Shown here piece by piece: positions 1 to 10,400 of a DNA stretch of 64,000 nucleotides (positions within the stretch are counted from its first letter, which is position 1; each line of letters opens with the position of its first letter). Both the position numbers and the translations under genes were made by a program. Source of the DNA: a virus. The notes beneath the pieces are model-generated. The model did not search any database. It was not told the origin of the DNA and saw only the letters and a list, made by a program, of their open reading frames with translations. Location of the stretch: IMG/VR virus record IMGVR_UViG_3300036770_005682, positions 1-64,000 of that record; one strand, given 5' to 3'.

Positions 1-314
1 TCATTAATGTCATTCCAGAAAGAACTTGAAAGCAAGCCCGCAGAGTCGGTATCTGCCAAATTCAGCGTGAGTGTTATTTGCCCGTTTGACTCCGTGATGC
101 TAATTGCGTCGGTGTAAGAACCACCTGAAACGACGCTGTGAAGCATCTTGCGCCATGCAGAACCAGAGTAAACCTTTATGGTGTCCTCTGTTGAGTTATA
201 AATCAGACGACCTTCAAAGTTGCCAGTTGATGGGTCGGATGAGAGAACCTCAAAACGACCATTCAGAATCTGGTTCTGGTTTAGGTCAAGATTTGTTACG
301 AATTTTGTTGCCAT
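1..314 (-). CDS. Partial virion structural / tail-fibre-like protein (runs off window start)
   Basis: My translation from ATG at 314: MATKFVTNLDLNQNQILNGRFEVLSSDPSTGNFEGRLIYNSTEDTIKVYSGSAW...; frame open to position 1; follows baseplate genes. Confidence 0.6.
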   Translation of the reverse strand, partial: MATKFVTNLDLNQNQILNGRFEVLSSDPSTGNFEGRLIYNSTEDTIKVYSGSAWRKMLHSVVSGGSYTDAISITESNGQITLTLNLADTDSAGLLSSSFWNDIN

Positions 315-323
315 TGTCCTGCC

Positions 324-635
324 TTATGTCAAGTAAGCGAATCCCGAAAATGGAGAAGTGAAGTTGACCGTCACCTGTGAGTTACTGTTATATATTACCT
401 CACCAACAACGTAGGTATCAGCAGAATCAACTATTGTTACAGATGGCTTTCCGCCTAATGTGTGTGTGATGACCCATGTTTCTGCAGGAGACGCTTGAGT
501 ATGGATGTGGCGTCTAGTGTTTCCAGCCGCACCTCCAGAGCGCACAATCACCTGGTTCGGCGCATCCTGGTCAATCAATACCTGGTTGGGGGTATCTTGA
601 TAAACATTTACATTATTCGGAACTGTATTGCTCAT
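324..635 (-). CDS. Small virion/tail-associated protein
   Basis: 103 aa; HTQ..WVITHTLG..PSVTIVD..G.V.Y..V.F..PFSGFAYL pattern typical of phage tail-fibre-adjacent beta proteins; overlaps upstream stop. Confidence 0.6.
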   Translation of the reverse strand: MSNTVPNNVNVYQDTPNQVLIDQDAPNQVIVRSGGAAGNTRRHIHTQASPAETWVITHTLGGKPSVTIVDSADTYVVGEVIYNSNSQVTVNFTSPFSGFAYLT

Positions 636-997
636 CTAGTAACCTCTTGAGAAAGGGTAAATGTACCCTGCACGACTCTTGACACATTCCCTGACGCATC
701 TTCTATCTCAAGGTCGTATACCCCACTTGACGCAAGTCCGGCAGTATCAGAGTCAGACATTCGAATAGTTATTTTCCCATCATCGCCGTCTATCTCTATG
801 CCGCCGTTCTCCGTGGTTAGGGTAATCATGACGGTCGAAGAGTCAATCGTTCTTCTTATTTGCATTCTGGCCGTATGTCCAGTTAGGTCGTATACCTCGT
901 AGACGGTGGGGTCTGCAGGGCTGGGCGACTGAAGCTCGAGAACACGAACGAAAGTAGTCCCTTGTTCACAAAGGATGTTATACGTTCCTGCTATCAC
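632..997 (-). CDS. Phage baseplate/tail-associated beta-sandwich protein
   Basis: YNI..EQG.TF...YDLTG.TARMQIR...VYDLEI...RVVQG.F..S.EVTR pattern common in phage tail modules. Confidence 0.65.
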   Translation of the reverse strand: MIAGTYNILCEQGTTFVRVLELQSPSPADPTVYEVYDLTGHTARMQIRRTIDSSTVMITLTTENGGIEIDGDDGKITIRMSDSDTAGLASSGVYDLEIEDASGNVSRVVQGTFTLSQEVTR

Positions 998-1054
998 GGC
1001 CTATTCTCCATACATACATTGTAGATTAATGCTGTTTCGTTATGTAGCTAATAA

Positions 1055-1303
1055 TCATTGACGGTCTTGGTTATCACCTGGATAGGAGCATTCGCCAGAC
1101 ATAATTATCTCCGAGGCCAACTCGAGCATCCCGCTCGCCAACCATGGGCTCATCCCGGCAGACACCGATACGGAGAGCTCGCTTGATTCAGCTCCAGCAA
1201 CTTCGGCAATAATTATAAAATTAGTCACCAATTTTGATGGGAGAATGTCCCTTATCAAATGCTCGAATTGTTCGCGTAAGGCCTGTTCTTCGTTGTCAAA
1301 CAT
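1055..1303 (-). CDS. Hypothetical protein
   Basis: 82 aa ORF collinear with the structural operon. Confidence 0.5.
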   Translation of the reverse strand: MFDNEEQALREQFEHLIRDILPSKLVTNFIIIAEVAGAESSELSVSVSAGMSPWLASGMLELASEIIMSGECSYPGDNQDRQ

Positions 1304-1325
1304 TCCCAGACTCCATATTCTATGG

Positions 1326-2540
1326 TTATGCCGTCATTGTGTGGGTGAGTAAAACCCCTATTGGTTTTGCTTTCGCTGCTGCCTCTAAAACCAACTGCGA
1401 GCTTTCACCTATCAGTGATTCATCGCCGCCCAGCGTTTCGTACCATGGCGTTTGTATGTCTATGACAAATGGCTGTGAGGTGTAATCATAAGACAAAGAA
1501 ACTGTTTTTTCGCCGACGAGCATTAGTTTGGCCGCTTCTTCAATAGCTTCAGTTGTTCCGGCATTGAAGCCGAAATTGCGAGTTGACACTTGCCACTGAA
1601 GCAATTCTTTTTGGGCCGTCTCATCAAATGCCGGTGGGTTGAGAGACGAGTATGAAGTAACTCTTATTGTGTCTGCGCTGTCAAGCAGAGATGAATCAAG
1701 AACAAACGGGTCGGTTGCCGTCTCCTGAGAGGATGCAAATCTGGTTACCGGTTTGGTCCCAACAAATTTAGCCAACCATAACAGCTCTGGTATCCCAGCT
1801 ATTGATGGCGAAACTAGCGTGCTCTGCGTTTCAGACAAGCTGGCGTCTAGTCCAGAAACCTTGTCGATGTATGAAATTTCGAGAGCTTTTGTGACAGCCG
1901 AATCAAGCCCAACTGTTGCAACATCTATAAATCTGTGCAATGGGATGTCTATTGGCTGTACTGTTGTGAAATCATCCTCAATCATGAATTGAGGCAGGAA
2001 TCCGCTTATGTACTGAAGAGCGACATTTTCCCTAATAAATTCCATTTGTGGAACAAGAACAGGGCTAGAAAAATAGATGACTTCATTGAGTGTTTTATTT
2101 ACGCTTATGGTTATTTCTAGTGATGGTGTATTGGACGTAAATGGCGTTGTCAGGACACGAATTATGGACCACTGCGGTGATGCGACACCCTCTGCGTTGA
2201 TTGACGAGCTTGAAGCAGTGATAGGGAACTCATAAACAGAAGAGACCCCAATAACAGATGCGTCTTCAACCGTTACAGTTGCAACTCCTCCATTTGGGAC
2301 CTTCAGGGCAAAGATAAACAATGCAGAAGAACTAGAGAAAGACGCATCTCCGCCTATAGCAGACAAAGATATGGAATTGCTGATATTGCCGCTTATTTCC
2401 AACTGTCTGCAGTTTAAATTTGGAGACAATTCGGTCAGGCCGCCATCATTTATCGTCGTATTCGCCCCAGCATTCCATGTTGAAGCAGTGTTGAACGACC
2501 TGAGCGTAAAAGCATCACCGGATAAACGATTACTAATCAC
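1326..2540 (-). CDS. Putative baseplate wedge / tail protein (P2 gpI-like position)
   Basis: Directly after baseplate J-like gene; L.WLA.FVG and C-terminal KP.G motifs resemble gpI-type wedge proteins. Confidence 0.55.
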   Translation of the reverse strand: MISNRLSGDAFTLRSFNTASTWNAGANTTINDGGLTELSPNLNCRQLEISGNISNSISLSAIGGDASFSSSSALFIFALKVPNGGVATVTVEDASVIGVSSVYEFPITASSSSINAEGVASPQWSIIRVLTTPFTSNTPSLEITISVNKTLNEVIYFSSPVLVPQMEFIRENVALQYISGFLPQFMIEDDFTTVQPIDIPLHRFIDVATVGLDSAVTKALEISYIDKVSGLDASLSETQSTLVSPSIAGIPELLWLAKFVGTKPVTRFASSQETATDPFVLDSSLLDSADTIRVTSYSSLNPPAFDETAQKELLQWQVSTRNFGFNAGTTEAIEEAAKLMLVGEKTVSLSYDYTSQPFVIDIQTPWYETLGGDESLIGESSQLVLEAAAKAKPIGVLLTHTMTA

Positions 2541-4003
2541 GTTACTGTCACTTCTACCGTCGCCCTAGGCAGGGTTCCTGCATATAGCATTTGAAGTGCG
2601 GTAACTCCAGAACCTGGGTTTACTTCCTGCACCCCCAATTCATTACCAGCTATCGCTGTTGGGGTATCGCCATATTCGGGTATGGATGCCGTTACTGTAT
2701 TTACGTACGCAACTCCGTCTATCCCATTTGCGCGGACGACTATATCGAATAATCTGACAGTACTATTCCATTCTGGCCAGTTGTCTGGCGACACAAAAGA
2801 TTCAATTTCTGCAGCAACTGTAGCAACAACGCTAGCAGCAGAATATTCACTGTCGATAGATACGTCTATGGAGAACTCCATATCGCAAACCATGGCGTCA
2901 AGAACAACGAACGACAATCCTGCGACTATTCGCTGCGCAACAGCGTTGTATATGTTTGTCTTTATTGTCTGAGACAAAGGGCTGCCATTGTCGTCGCAAA
3001 CAAAAATTACAAAATACCCAGCGCTGTCTGGGGTCGCGTCATTGCGCAACGAGGCCATGTCGATGAACGTTGCGTCAATGGGTGTTGTTAAAGAATCTCC
3101 TTCTGAAGAAAATGTAAACGTCGTTCCGCTTGCCTGTGTTGTGTTATACAAGCCGGAGACAAGAGAAGACTGCCCAGAAGTCGATGCCTCAGTATTGATT
3201 ACTCGGGTGTAATCCGTAAAGTCTGAATTACTTATAAATGACGAGGTGGCTGTTGCTGTTGCGCTTCCACTAGATATGGCAACAACACCCGATGTGTCTA
3301 TGGTTGGGTTTCTAAGGTCATACACTTTGCAGCGATGAACCTCGGGGAAACTGGAAATAATGAATTCTTCAATTTGTGTAGCTGTCACTAGGGACGTGCT
3401 AAGTGAAGCAAGGTATGATGTGGCGCGAGAAAAATATTCCTCGTCGGTTTCTGGCTCATCGCCCTGCTGAACTAGTGCGGTTGTCACACATGATAAAACT
3501 GTTGCATTTGGCTGTACGATTATCAGCTCAGTGCCTGACAGAAGGGTCGGTATCACTCCAGGGATATCGCAAATCAAAGTCGCCTGTACTGTAGATTCAA
3601 GCTCATCGGCCGTTATGTCGGATGTAGTTTTGAACGGATACTGGACTGTTTCATCGCCGACGACTGCTTCGTAGACAACAAAAAATTCGTTAGGAACTGT
3701 TTCTCCATCATTTGCGAGAGTGAACTCGACTTCAACTGTTGAAAATGTAGCCTCATATCGCGTTAGGCCCATCAATGCAAGAATGCCCTCCATAATTCCA
3801 TGAGGCAAACGATTGATTGTTCCAATATTTAGAGACGCCATTAAAGCGCATGCTTGAAGAATCGAGTCTTCTATTGTTCCCACCCTAGGTGTGAACTCAG
3901 GGAAAGCAAGACGTGCATACTCGACAGCGTCGTCATATACGTCTGCCGCATCCCTGTCATCAATTGTAAGGTCAATATATTGAGAAAAATCAGGTGATGC
4001 CAT
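2537..4003 (-). CDS. Baseplate J-like wedge protein
   Basis: PEFTPR.G.IE, G.EPETDEEYF.R and GIDGVAYV motifs; synteny with gp25-like gene. Confidence 0.8.
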   Translation of the reverse strand: MASPDFSQYIDLTIDDRDAADVYDDAVEYARLAFPEFTPRVGTIEDSILQACALMASLNIGTINRLPHGIMEGILALMGLTRYEATFSTVEVEFTLANDGETVPNEFFVVYEAVVGDETVQYPFKTTSDITADELESTVQATLICDIPGVIPTLLSGTELIIVQPNATVLSCVTTALVQQGDEPETDEEYFSRATSYLASLSTSLVTATQIEEFIISSFPEVHRCKVYDLRNPTIDTSGVVAISSGSATATATSSFISNSDFTDYTRVINTEASTSGQSSLVSGLYNTTQASGTTFTFSSEGDSLTTPIDATFIDMASLRNDATPDSAGYFVIFVCDDNGSPLSQTIKTNIYNAVAQRIVAGLSFVVLDAMVCDMEFSIDVSIDSEYSAASVVATVAAEIESFVSPDNWPEWNSTVRLFDIVVRANGIDGVAYVNTVTASIPEYGDTPTAIAGNELGVQEVNPGSGVTALQMLYAGTLPRATVEVTVT

Positions 4004-4302
4004 TATCGTCCCTCAAAGGAGATGTTGAGTCGAGTAGTACCGGAAGCATCTCCACGCCTATCGATTGATACGTCGTTTATCTTTATTTCTGGCCAAAAAG
4101 TAGCCATATTTCGCAGAAATTCAGACTTTAGAAAAACGCTGAATGTTGGGTCGGTTATTCCGTAGGTTGGTTCCAGTGGCAGCTCTCCAAGACCGGTTCT
4201 TGTCAAAATCGCAATAGCCTGAGACCTGTATTCCTCCGTATTTTCGGGCAGCACAATAGCTCTGCCCCTGCTAAATGAAAGAGGAAATTTTAGAGTGTCC
4301 AT
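4003..4302 (-). CDS. gp25/gpW-like baseplate protein (sheath initiator)
   Basis: 99 aa; L.FP..., T..GE.PL.PTYG..D, WPEI.I..V pattern. Confidence 0.75.
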   Translation of the reverse strand: MDTLKFPLSFSRGRAIVLPENTEEYRSQAIAILTRTGLGELPLEPTYGITDPTFSVFLKSEFLRNMATFWPEIKINDVSIDRRGDASGTTRLNISFEGR

Positions 4303-4342
4303 ACGAAACCTGCCAATATTTATTTTATATGAGTTTCATCGC

Positions 4343-4612
4343 CTAGGCAGTCTGTTTGCCCAAAACAACGACTTCTTCCATCTTTGCGTCAAGGAAACCA
4401 ACCAAGACCTTATCGCCAACTTCTATTTCTGATTCTGTGAAGACAGAGCATGGCCCCATAACCTGGCCGGGGTTTACGTTAGGGATGGTGACGAACACTT
4501 TCCCATTCGCTGATACTCTTGACACCTTGCCAATATGGAGACCAGCCTTAAACATCCCGCTCGAAGAACCACGAGTTGAATTAGTAAACCTAGATAGTGG
4601 GTCATACAGCAT
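4343..4612 (-). CDS. Baseplate spike gpV-like OB-fold protein
   Basis: G.V..V...V.V.IP...GP...VGDKVLVGF...VVLG pattern. Confidence 0.6.
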   Translation of the reverse strand: MLYDPLSRFTNSTRGSSSGMFKAGLHIGKVSRVSANGKVFVTIPNVNPGQVMGPCSVFTESEIEVGDKVLVGFLDAKMEEVVVLGKQTA

Positions 4613-4613
4613 T

Positions 4614-6479
4614 TTAATCCAACCTTATATTTCGTTGAGCTAGTGAAATTGGCGAAGTTCCAGCGAGGCTCTTTATTGGCTTGCCATTTTGTTTCGTGGG
4701 CTCTACTGGTGTTCTAAATTGCACGGTGGCTGATTCTGGCGAGCCTTCTGCAAAAGAAACAGATGTAGCCAAGTAGCCACCGAAAAAATAATCAGGCTTT
4801 GGCCCTACTACTACAGTGTGGCCTGGTCTTACCTGTCCACCATTAGGCATTTGCACCTTGCATGACCCAGTGGCTGCTAGCGGGTCGTTGTCTGACGTGT
4901 CGAAACTAGGCCAGGTTTCCAACCTAAAGCCAAGTCTGTCAATAACATGTTTCGAATAACGTAATTCATTCTCTTCTACTATCCCAGCAGCCTCTAGTTC
5001 GAATTCAGATATGGGCCCGTCATTTCCTGGCACGTAAAGAAGTGGTGTGTATTTTCTTACAAGTGATTTACCTGAACTTTTCACAAGAGCTTCAACTAAA
5101 CCAAACCTCCACATAAGATACTCGTGTTGTGCGTAAAACAAGATTCCATCTACCTCGAAACAAACGTATTGATTGCTCCCTGCTGTTCTACGCAATACAT
5201 CCCATACGGACTCTTCTTGGTCGCTGCTTCTTGCATTGAATTGCGATTTTGTTTTTGCAGTTTTTTGTCCAACAAATCCGAGATTGTATTTTCTCGCTGC
5301 ATTTCTTGCATATTCAAAGCCTGACCCACCCTTGACTGCGCCTCGTTTTTTGTCTCTTTTCATTTGCTGAATGGCGCGGCTGCACATAGTGACATTTACT
5401 TGCGGAGAGCCACCCTGGCCAGGGCCGCAAGATATGTCGGCGATTTCGTAATCTCTGCCCCTGTATTCGATGACCCTTCTGGGAACAAAGTAGTTATTGT
5501 CCATCATTAAAAACTTTTCATCCCTAACCGTAATGGTTACCGATGAAGTCAGGTCCATGTCGTACTGAACACGTATATCTAGCAGATTGTCATAAAAATA
5601 TTTCTGAGCTACTGGGTCGATAATCTCAGGAAGGCGCACTATGCCAGCAAATGGTGGTTCACCTTTTTGTTCCTTTATGAGCATGTCCACAGGACGCCAT
5701 GCTTTATCGAGCGCTGCCTGGGGTGTGGAGGTTTTGTAATATTTGCTGTAATAGGAATCTTGTTGCTTCACCAGTCTTTGACTAGCAATATTTGCTTCTT
5801 TTGCTGTAGCAAATTTACCCAGATGCATGCCGGTTGTTTGATACTCGGCAATGGCATCATTGGAGCTGACTACCGTTGGCTTGTTTCCTCTAATTACAAC
5901 TCTAGGAATAAGAACGTGTTTACCGCCAGAAAATATAGATATAGGAAGCAGTGTTGATATCGAGCCATCTTTGTTTTCTACTATTGGGCGTGAAAAAAGG
6001 TTTATATTGCCGGTATACCAGCTTAAGGCTTTGTTGTCGTTGTACTGGAATGTAGCGTCTACTAGTTGTTTATCAAGATGGAAACCACGTTTGATTTGCA
6101 GTGATGCCCATGATTTGTAGACTTTGTCTAGGTGTTTGGCATATTTTGTTGCGCTTTTTAAATCTTTGAAAACACCTAAATGCAAACCGGTAGATGAATA
6201 TAGTTCTGCTGCAGCTTTGTTGGATATCGTCTCACCATCCTGATTGAAGGTGGGAAAAATTACGAAGTGCTTAACTTTTGATGAAAACGAGTACATTTCT
6301 GCACCGTTATATACGTTTCCGGATACCGTGGACACTATTGGATTTAGTCCCTGTACACCCTTCCCAACACGCTTAATAAAGCGGGATGAAAGATTGATTG
6401 TCCCATATGACCATATTGAATTAACAGGTACAGCTGCCGATTTCGCAGATGGGTATATGTTTGGCGGTGTTCGTATCAT
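4614..6479 (-). CDS. Baseplate hub (gpD/gp27-like) with duplicated N-terminal domain
   Basis: C-terminal half has ESVWDVLRR.A....CFE.DG.L.Y and RPGHTV hub-like motifs; N-terminus has two copies of G.INL..R...TG.HLG.F. Confidence 0.6.
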   Translation of the reverse strand: MIRTPPNIYPSAKSAAVPVNSIWSYGTINLSSRFIKRVGKGVQGLNPIVSTVSGNVYNGAEMYSFSSKVKHFVIFPTFNQDGETISNKAAAELYSSTGLHLGVFKDLKSATKYAKHLDKVYKSWASLQIKRGFHLDKQLVDATFQYNDNKALSWYTGNINLFSRPIVENKDGSISTLLPISIFSGGKHVLIPRVVIRGNKPTVVSSNDAIAEYQTTGMHLGKFATAKEANIASQRLVKQQDSYYSKYYKTSTPQAALDKAWRPVDMLIKEQKGEPPFAGIVRLPEIIDPVAQKYFYDNLLDIRVQYDMDLTSSVTITVRDEKFLMMDNNYFVPRRVIEYRGRDYEIADISCGPGQGGSPQVNVTMCSRAIQQMKRDKKRGAVKGGSGFEYARNAARKYNLGFVGQKTAKTKSQFNARSSDQEESVWDVLRRTAGSNQYVCFEVDGILFYAQHEYLMWRFGLVEALVKSSGKSLVRKYTPLLYVPGNDGPISEFELEAAGIVEENELRYSKHVIDRLGFRLETWPSFDTSDNDPLAATGSCKVQMPNGGQVRPGHTVVVGPKPDYFFGGYLATSVSFAEGSPESATVQFRTPVEPTKQNGKPIKSLAGTSPISLAQRNIRLD

Positions 6480-6498
6480 ATAAATACCTGCACGCCAT

Positions 6499-7416
6499 TT
6501 ACGGCTGTAGTTCTTTTATCAACCAGTCGGGTACATCGATATACGATGGTATTCCTGCCTGGCCGCGCAAAGTAGAGACGGAGTATGGGTATCCAGCAAG
6601 ACCATTTGCCCTGTTTTTTGCTATCTGGGTTTCGAGCGCTTTTCTTAACCAATACAAACTTCCGACAGCAGCAGGGTCGTTGGTGGATGAGCCCTTTTTT
6701 GTTTTGGAAGAAACATCCGGAACGCCATAACGAAATCGTGGCATCAAAATAAATCGCTGGCGAAGCTGCTTGTATTCAATGCATGAAATAGAACATGTTC
6801 CAGCCACTGCCTTACCTGTAGCGTCATCTCTGTTCAATGTGAACTTCATGTCATCGATATACCACGAATTTTCTTGGATACTTGGAGACATGTTTTCAAA
6901 AGCAACAGGTATTCCCAAGTCAGCAATTGTTTTTAGACGAAGTATTTGGTCTTCTATTGAATTACTGAATCCATCGAAGTAGCTAAAGTTAGCAGTTATA
7001 TTGTTTATAACCGGTTGCCTCAGCAAAGGATTATTTCTATTCGCCTCCAGATATTCTTGCGTTGTTTCACTGAGCGCGAACCTGGAAGGACGACGCGCCA
7101 ATGTCGTAGCTGCAGAAACTTTTTTAACTATGGCAAACTCAAATGAGAGGCGTCGCAATTTACCTCCAGTTATATCCGCAATAGGTAAAGAATACGGGCG
7201 CTTGAGTTCATTTATTTCTGCACCAAATCCTTCTAGCTGAAATTGACTAGGAGGTGCCTGAAATGTATAGGACAATTTTGTTTCCGAAATTGTGTACATA
7301 ATTCTGTCTTGTGTCGGCTGGAAAGTCCACTGACGGGCACTGTTGTCCAATATCGGGCTTGGGTTATTGCTGTCAATATTAAAACGTCGCCCAGTAATAC
7401 TTATACCTTGTGGCAT
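6499..7416 (-). CDS. Putative tail tube-initiator / tail protein
   Basis: Between tape measure and hub; W.I..M.F...RD..G......I...EY pattern. Confidence 0.5.
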   Translation of the reverse strand: MPQGISITGRRFNIDSNNPSPILDNSARQWTFQPTQDRIMYTISETKLSYTFQAPPSQFQLEGFGAEINELKRPYSLPIADITGGKLRRLSFEFAIVKKVSAATTLARRPSRFALSETTQEYLEANRNNPLLRQPVINNITANFSYFDGFSNSIEDQILRLKTIADLGIPVAFENMSPSIQENSWYIDDMKFTLNRDDATGKAVAGTCSISCIEYKQLRQRFILMPRFRYGVPDVSSKTKKGSSTNDPAAVGSLYWLRKALETQIAKNRANGLAGYPYSVSTLRGQAGIPSYIDVPDWLIKELQP

Positions 7417-10400
7417 TATCTTCTCCTTCTGCTTTGCGCTTGCATTGCCATAATCTTTTGAACCACTTCATCAGCTGTTTCACGCGCATTATTCGACTCA
7501 ACAACGGTAATATTGAAGCTGTCGCCGCCATATGTTGTTGAGCCCGCCGTAGTTCCTCCAGAAACGGGTGATGACCTATCGCCAATAGGCCCTATCGGTG
7601 GCACTACATGCAGATGCCTCTGGCCTGCAACGCCGTGGAACTCAGCAAATCCACCAGCCGAATTTATGTTTTTTGCATACTGCTGAAGATTGTCGCCCGT
7701 TAGGTCATATGCTCTTCCAGTTGCATGGTCTGAACTTGGGGAACCAAGACCCCACTCACGCCATGAAGACGTAATCATGCGCTTCCCTGGCAGCATGTTG
7801 TTAAACCGGGAATGTGCACCCATTGTTGCGCGCAGTGCTTTGCTGGTAGACGTATCTCCAACTTTGCGTGGTACGCCACCTCTTGACTGCACATACCAAC
7901 CCGGGCCATCAACGCCACCGGACGAATATCGTGCGTTCGGATAATCTGCTGGCGGGCCTGAACTGGCACCGCTACCACCGCCACTACCGCCAGTAAAGGG
8001 ACTTGAATTCCACCAAGGCGGAGCATCTGTCCACCACTGTGGGTTGTCTGTAACCTGTGCTAGACCATCTGTGAAGGCCTGGGTCATTTGGGTATATATT
8101 TCTCTGGCACCTTCGCTCATCGCAGCAAGCGTTTCTGCGCTCATTGTCCCAGTTTCCAATGCGGTAATACGCTCTCCGCCGAGAGTTACACCGCTTTTGG
8201 GCCTCGACGAAGAAGTGATTCCCAGGAAATTGGCTATTGCCTCAGAGGCTCCCTTGGAAGTTGTAACACCGGAAAGAAGTGTTCCTGAATTAATTGCATT
8301 TTCCAATTTGAACAGCTGTTCTTGGGCAGTTTTGTCGCCACCCTTGGCTTTTGTGATTAAGCCAGAAATGGCGCTAGTAAGAACTTCTTGGCCCTTCGTG
8401 GCATCGGCAAAACCAAGATTCTTCTCAACTAATGCTTGGCCTATGTTTTTTGCATACTGAGCGCTAATTCCGGCTTGCTCTTGCGTTAATTGGTCATTTA
8501 ATAATTGGTCAAACTTTGCATTTCTAGTTACACCCTGCAGTTCGGTGTTGTATATTTCCCCGCTCACCATTCCCGAGTAACGATTTAAAAAATTTCCGAT
8601 TCCAGCGTCAGGGCTCTGGAGATTTTGTAAATCCACTACTTTTTGGTAGTAGTCAATAAATGCTTCTGTCGATGTATCGCCCCCTAACAGTCGCGTCCTA
8701 GCGGCGTTGACGGAATCCTCCATTTGCTTGCTTTCGAGGAAAGTATCAAAAACGCTCGTTGATTTAACGGCTATGTCTCTAAGTGATTGTTGAATTTGCT
8801 CTGCTGTCTCGACCATGCCAACACCAAGCTTGGCGATTACATCGGTCAATTTCACTGTTGGGTCAAATAGGTTTACATTCATCTTTGATGCGAGATTCAT
8901 TATCTCTGCCGACGACATACCGGTTGCTAGCTGTAGGCCACGCATTGACTCATCAAACTGGTCAAACATTGGCGTTATAGCCGTCTCCATATCGGAAACT
9001 TCTTTTTTGAGACGGCCTACAGCCTGTTGACCATAGCCGCCCTGACCAGACATAAGTTCAGCTGTCCGAGAGTCTATGATTCCGGCATCAACGAATTTCT
9101 TAAGTGAAGATTCCCTGTCTGATTTATTCATTTGTTCGAAATCATTGACGAATTTCTTAAAATCTCTAATTGTTTCTCGGCCGCCAGATGTGGTTCCGGA
9201 TATCAACGCCCCAGCAAGCGTATTGGCTGTCACCTCAACTAGCTTTGAATCAGCTATTGCCGTAGCTCCAGCCCTAGCCATTTTATTCTTGTTTCTAACA
9301 GATGAAATACCACCCACGATTGTGCCAACCGCAGCACCAACCGCAGCACCAACCGGGCCGCCAATCATGGAACCGAATGCTGCGCCCGCTCCTGCGCCAG
9401 CAAGCATTCCTCCCCCAGTTGTCTTTGCGTTAAATGCTGCGCCGGCCAAACCCACACCCAAGCCTAAAGCGGGAGAAAATGGCATCAACATTGCGCCAGT
9501 AGACATCCATTTCTGGGCGTTGGGGTCAGAGAACATCTTCTGCCCCATACCGCTTTCAAGGAACATGCTTGTGCCGATAGATGCAAGCATGCCGCCGCCC
9601 ATCATAGAAGAGCCAGTCCTCAGGCCTTTGCCAAGGGCTTTCATTTTGCCCATCGGCTTACCTTTATTGAAAGCCTTTTGTGCCATATTAGCATCCATGC
9701 CATTATCAATAGCCATTTTCATTATCTGGCCTTGGCTTGCTCCTGGGTTTGCGGCAGCAAGGGCCATTAGCTGTTGATTAGCATTTTGGATATTAAAAGC
9801 ATTTGTCCTGAATGCTTGTCCTGTAAAGAAAGCTCCAGCCCTTGTTTTGGCTTGTCTGCCTATGGTTGGGCTTCCGTCTGGTTTGGGGCCGAACATAAAG
9901 CTCATCGCATTTGCTCCAGCAGCTCTAAGTCTTGTAACTGGTCTCCCGCCAGCGCCTCCAGGCCCAGACTGCCCAGATACGCCAGGTCCCTGGCCGCCTG
10001 AACCACCCTTCCACCATGAAGTCATTTTCCCGGAGATACCACGCGCCACATTCCCTGGCGTCACAGGAGCAGAGTAACCAGGCATGCCCATCTGCGGTGT
10101 GTTGTTGGGGGTATATGCGGGTCCTGGAAGAACTTGACCTGATACAAGACGAGAAAAAATGCGCGAGCGGAATCGTCCTGTCTTTGTCGGGGTTTGCTGG
10201 TTCGCTATTAAGTGCGACATGCGAGCCTGGTTGTTTTTTGAATTCACCAAACCAGCGGGTCGTGTGTCTTCGCCGTGTTGTCTTCCGGTTTGAATATAGT
10301 AATCGTCAAATTCTTTGATTCTTCTAGCAGTATCCCTACCGCCGGCTTTGCGTTTTGAAAGTTCTTCTAGATACGCGGCATCAGACTTCTGTCTCCCAAC

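Noticed and set aside
9328-9354. Short tandem repeat ACCGCAGCACCA
   Set aside because: It encodes the ordinary VGAA glycine-zipper repeat in the tape measure protein.
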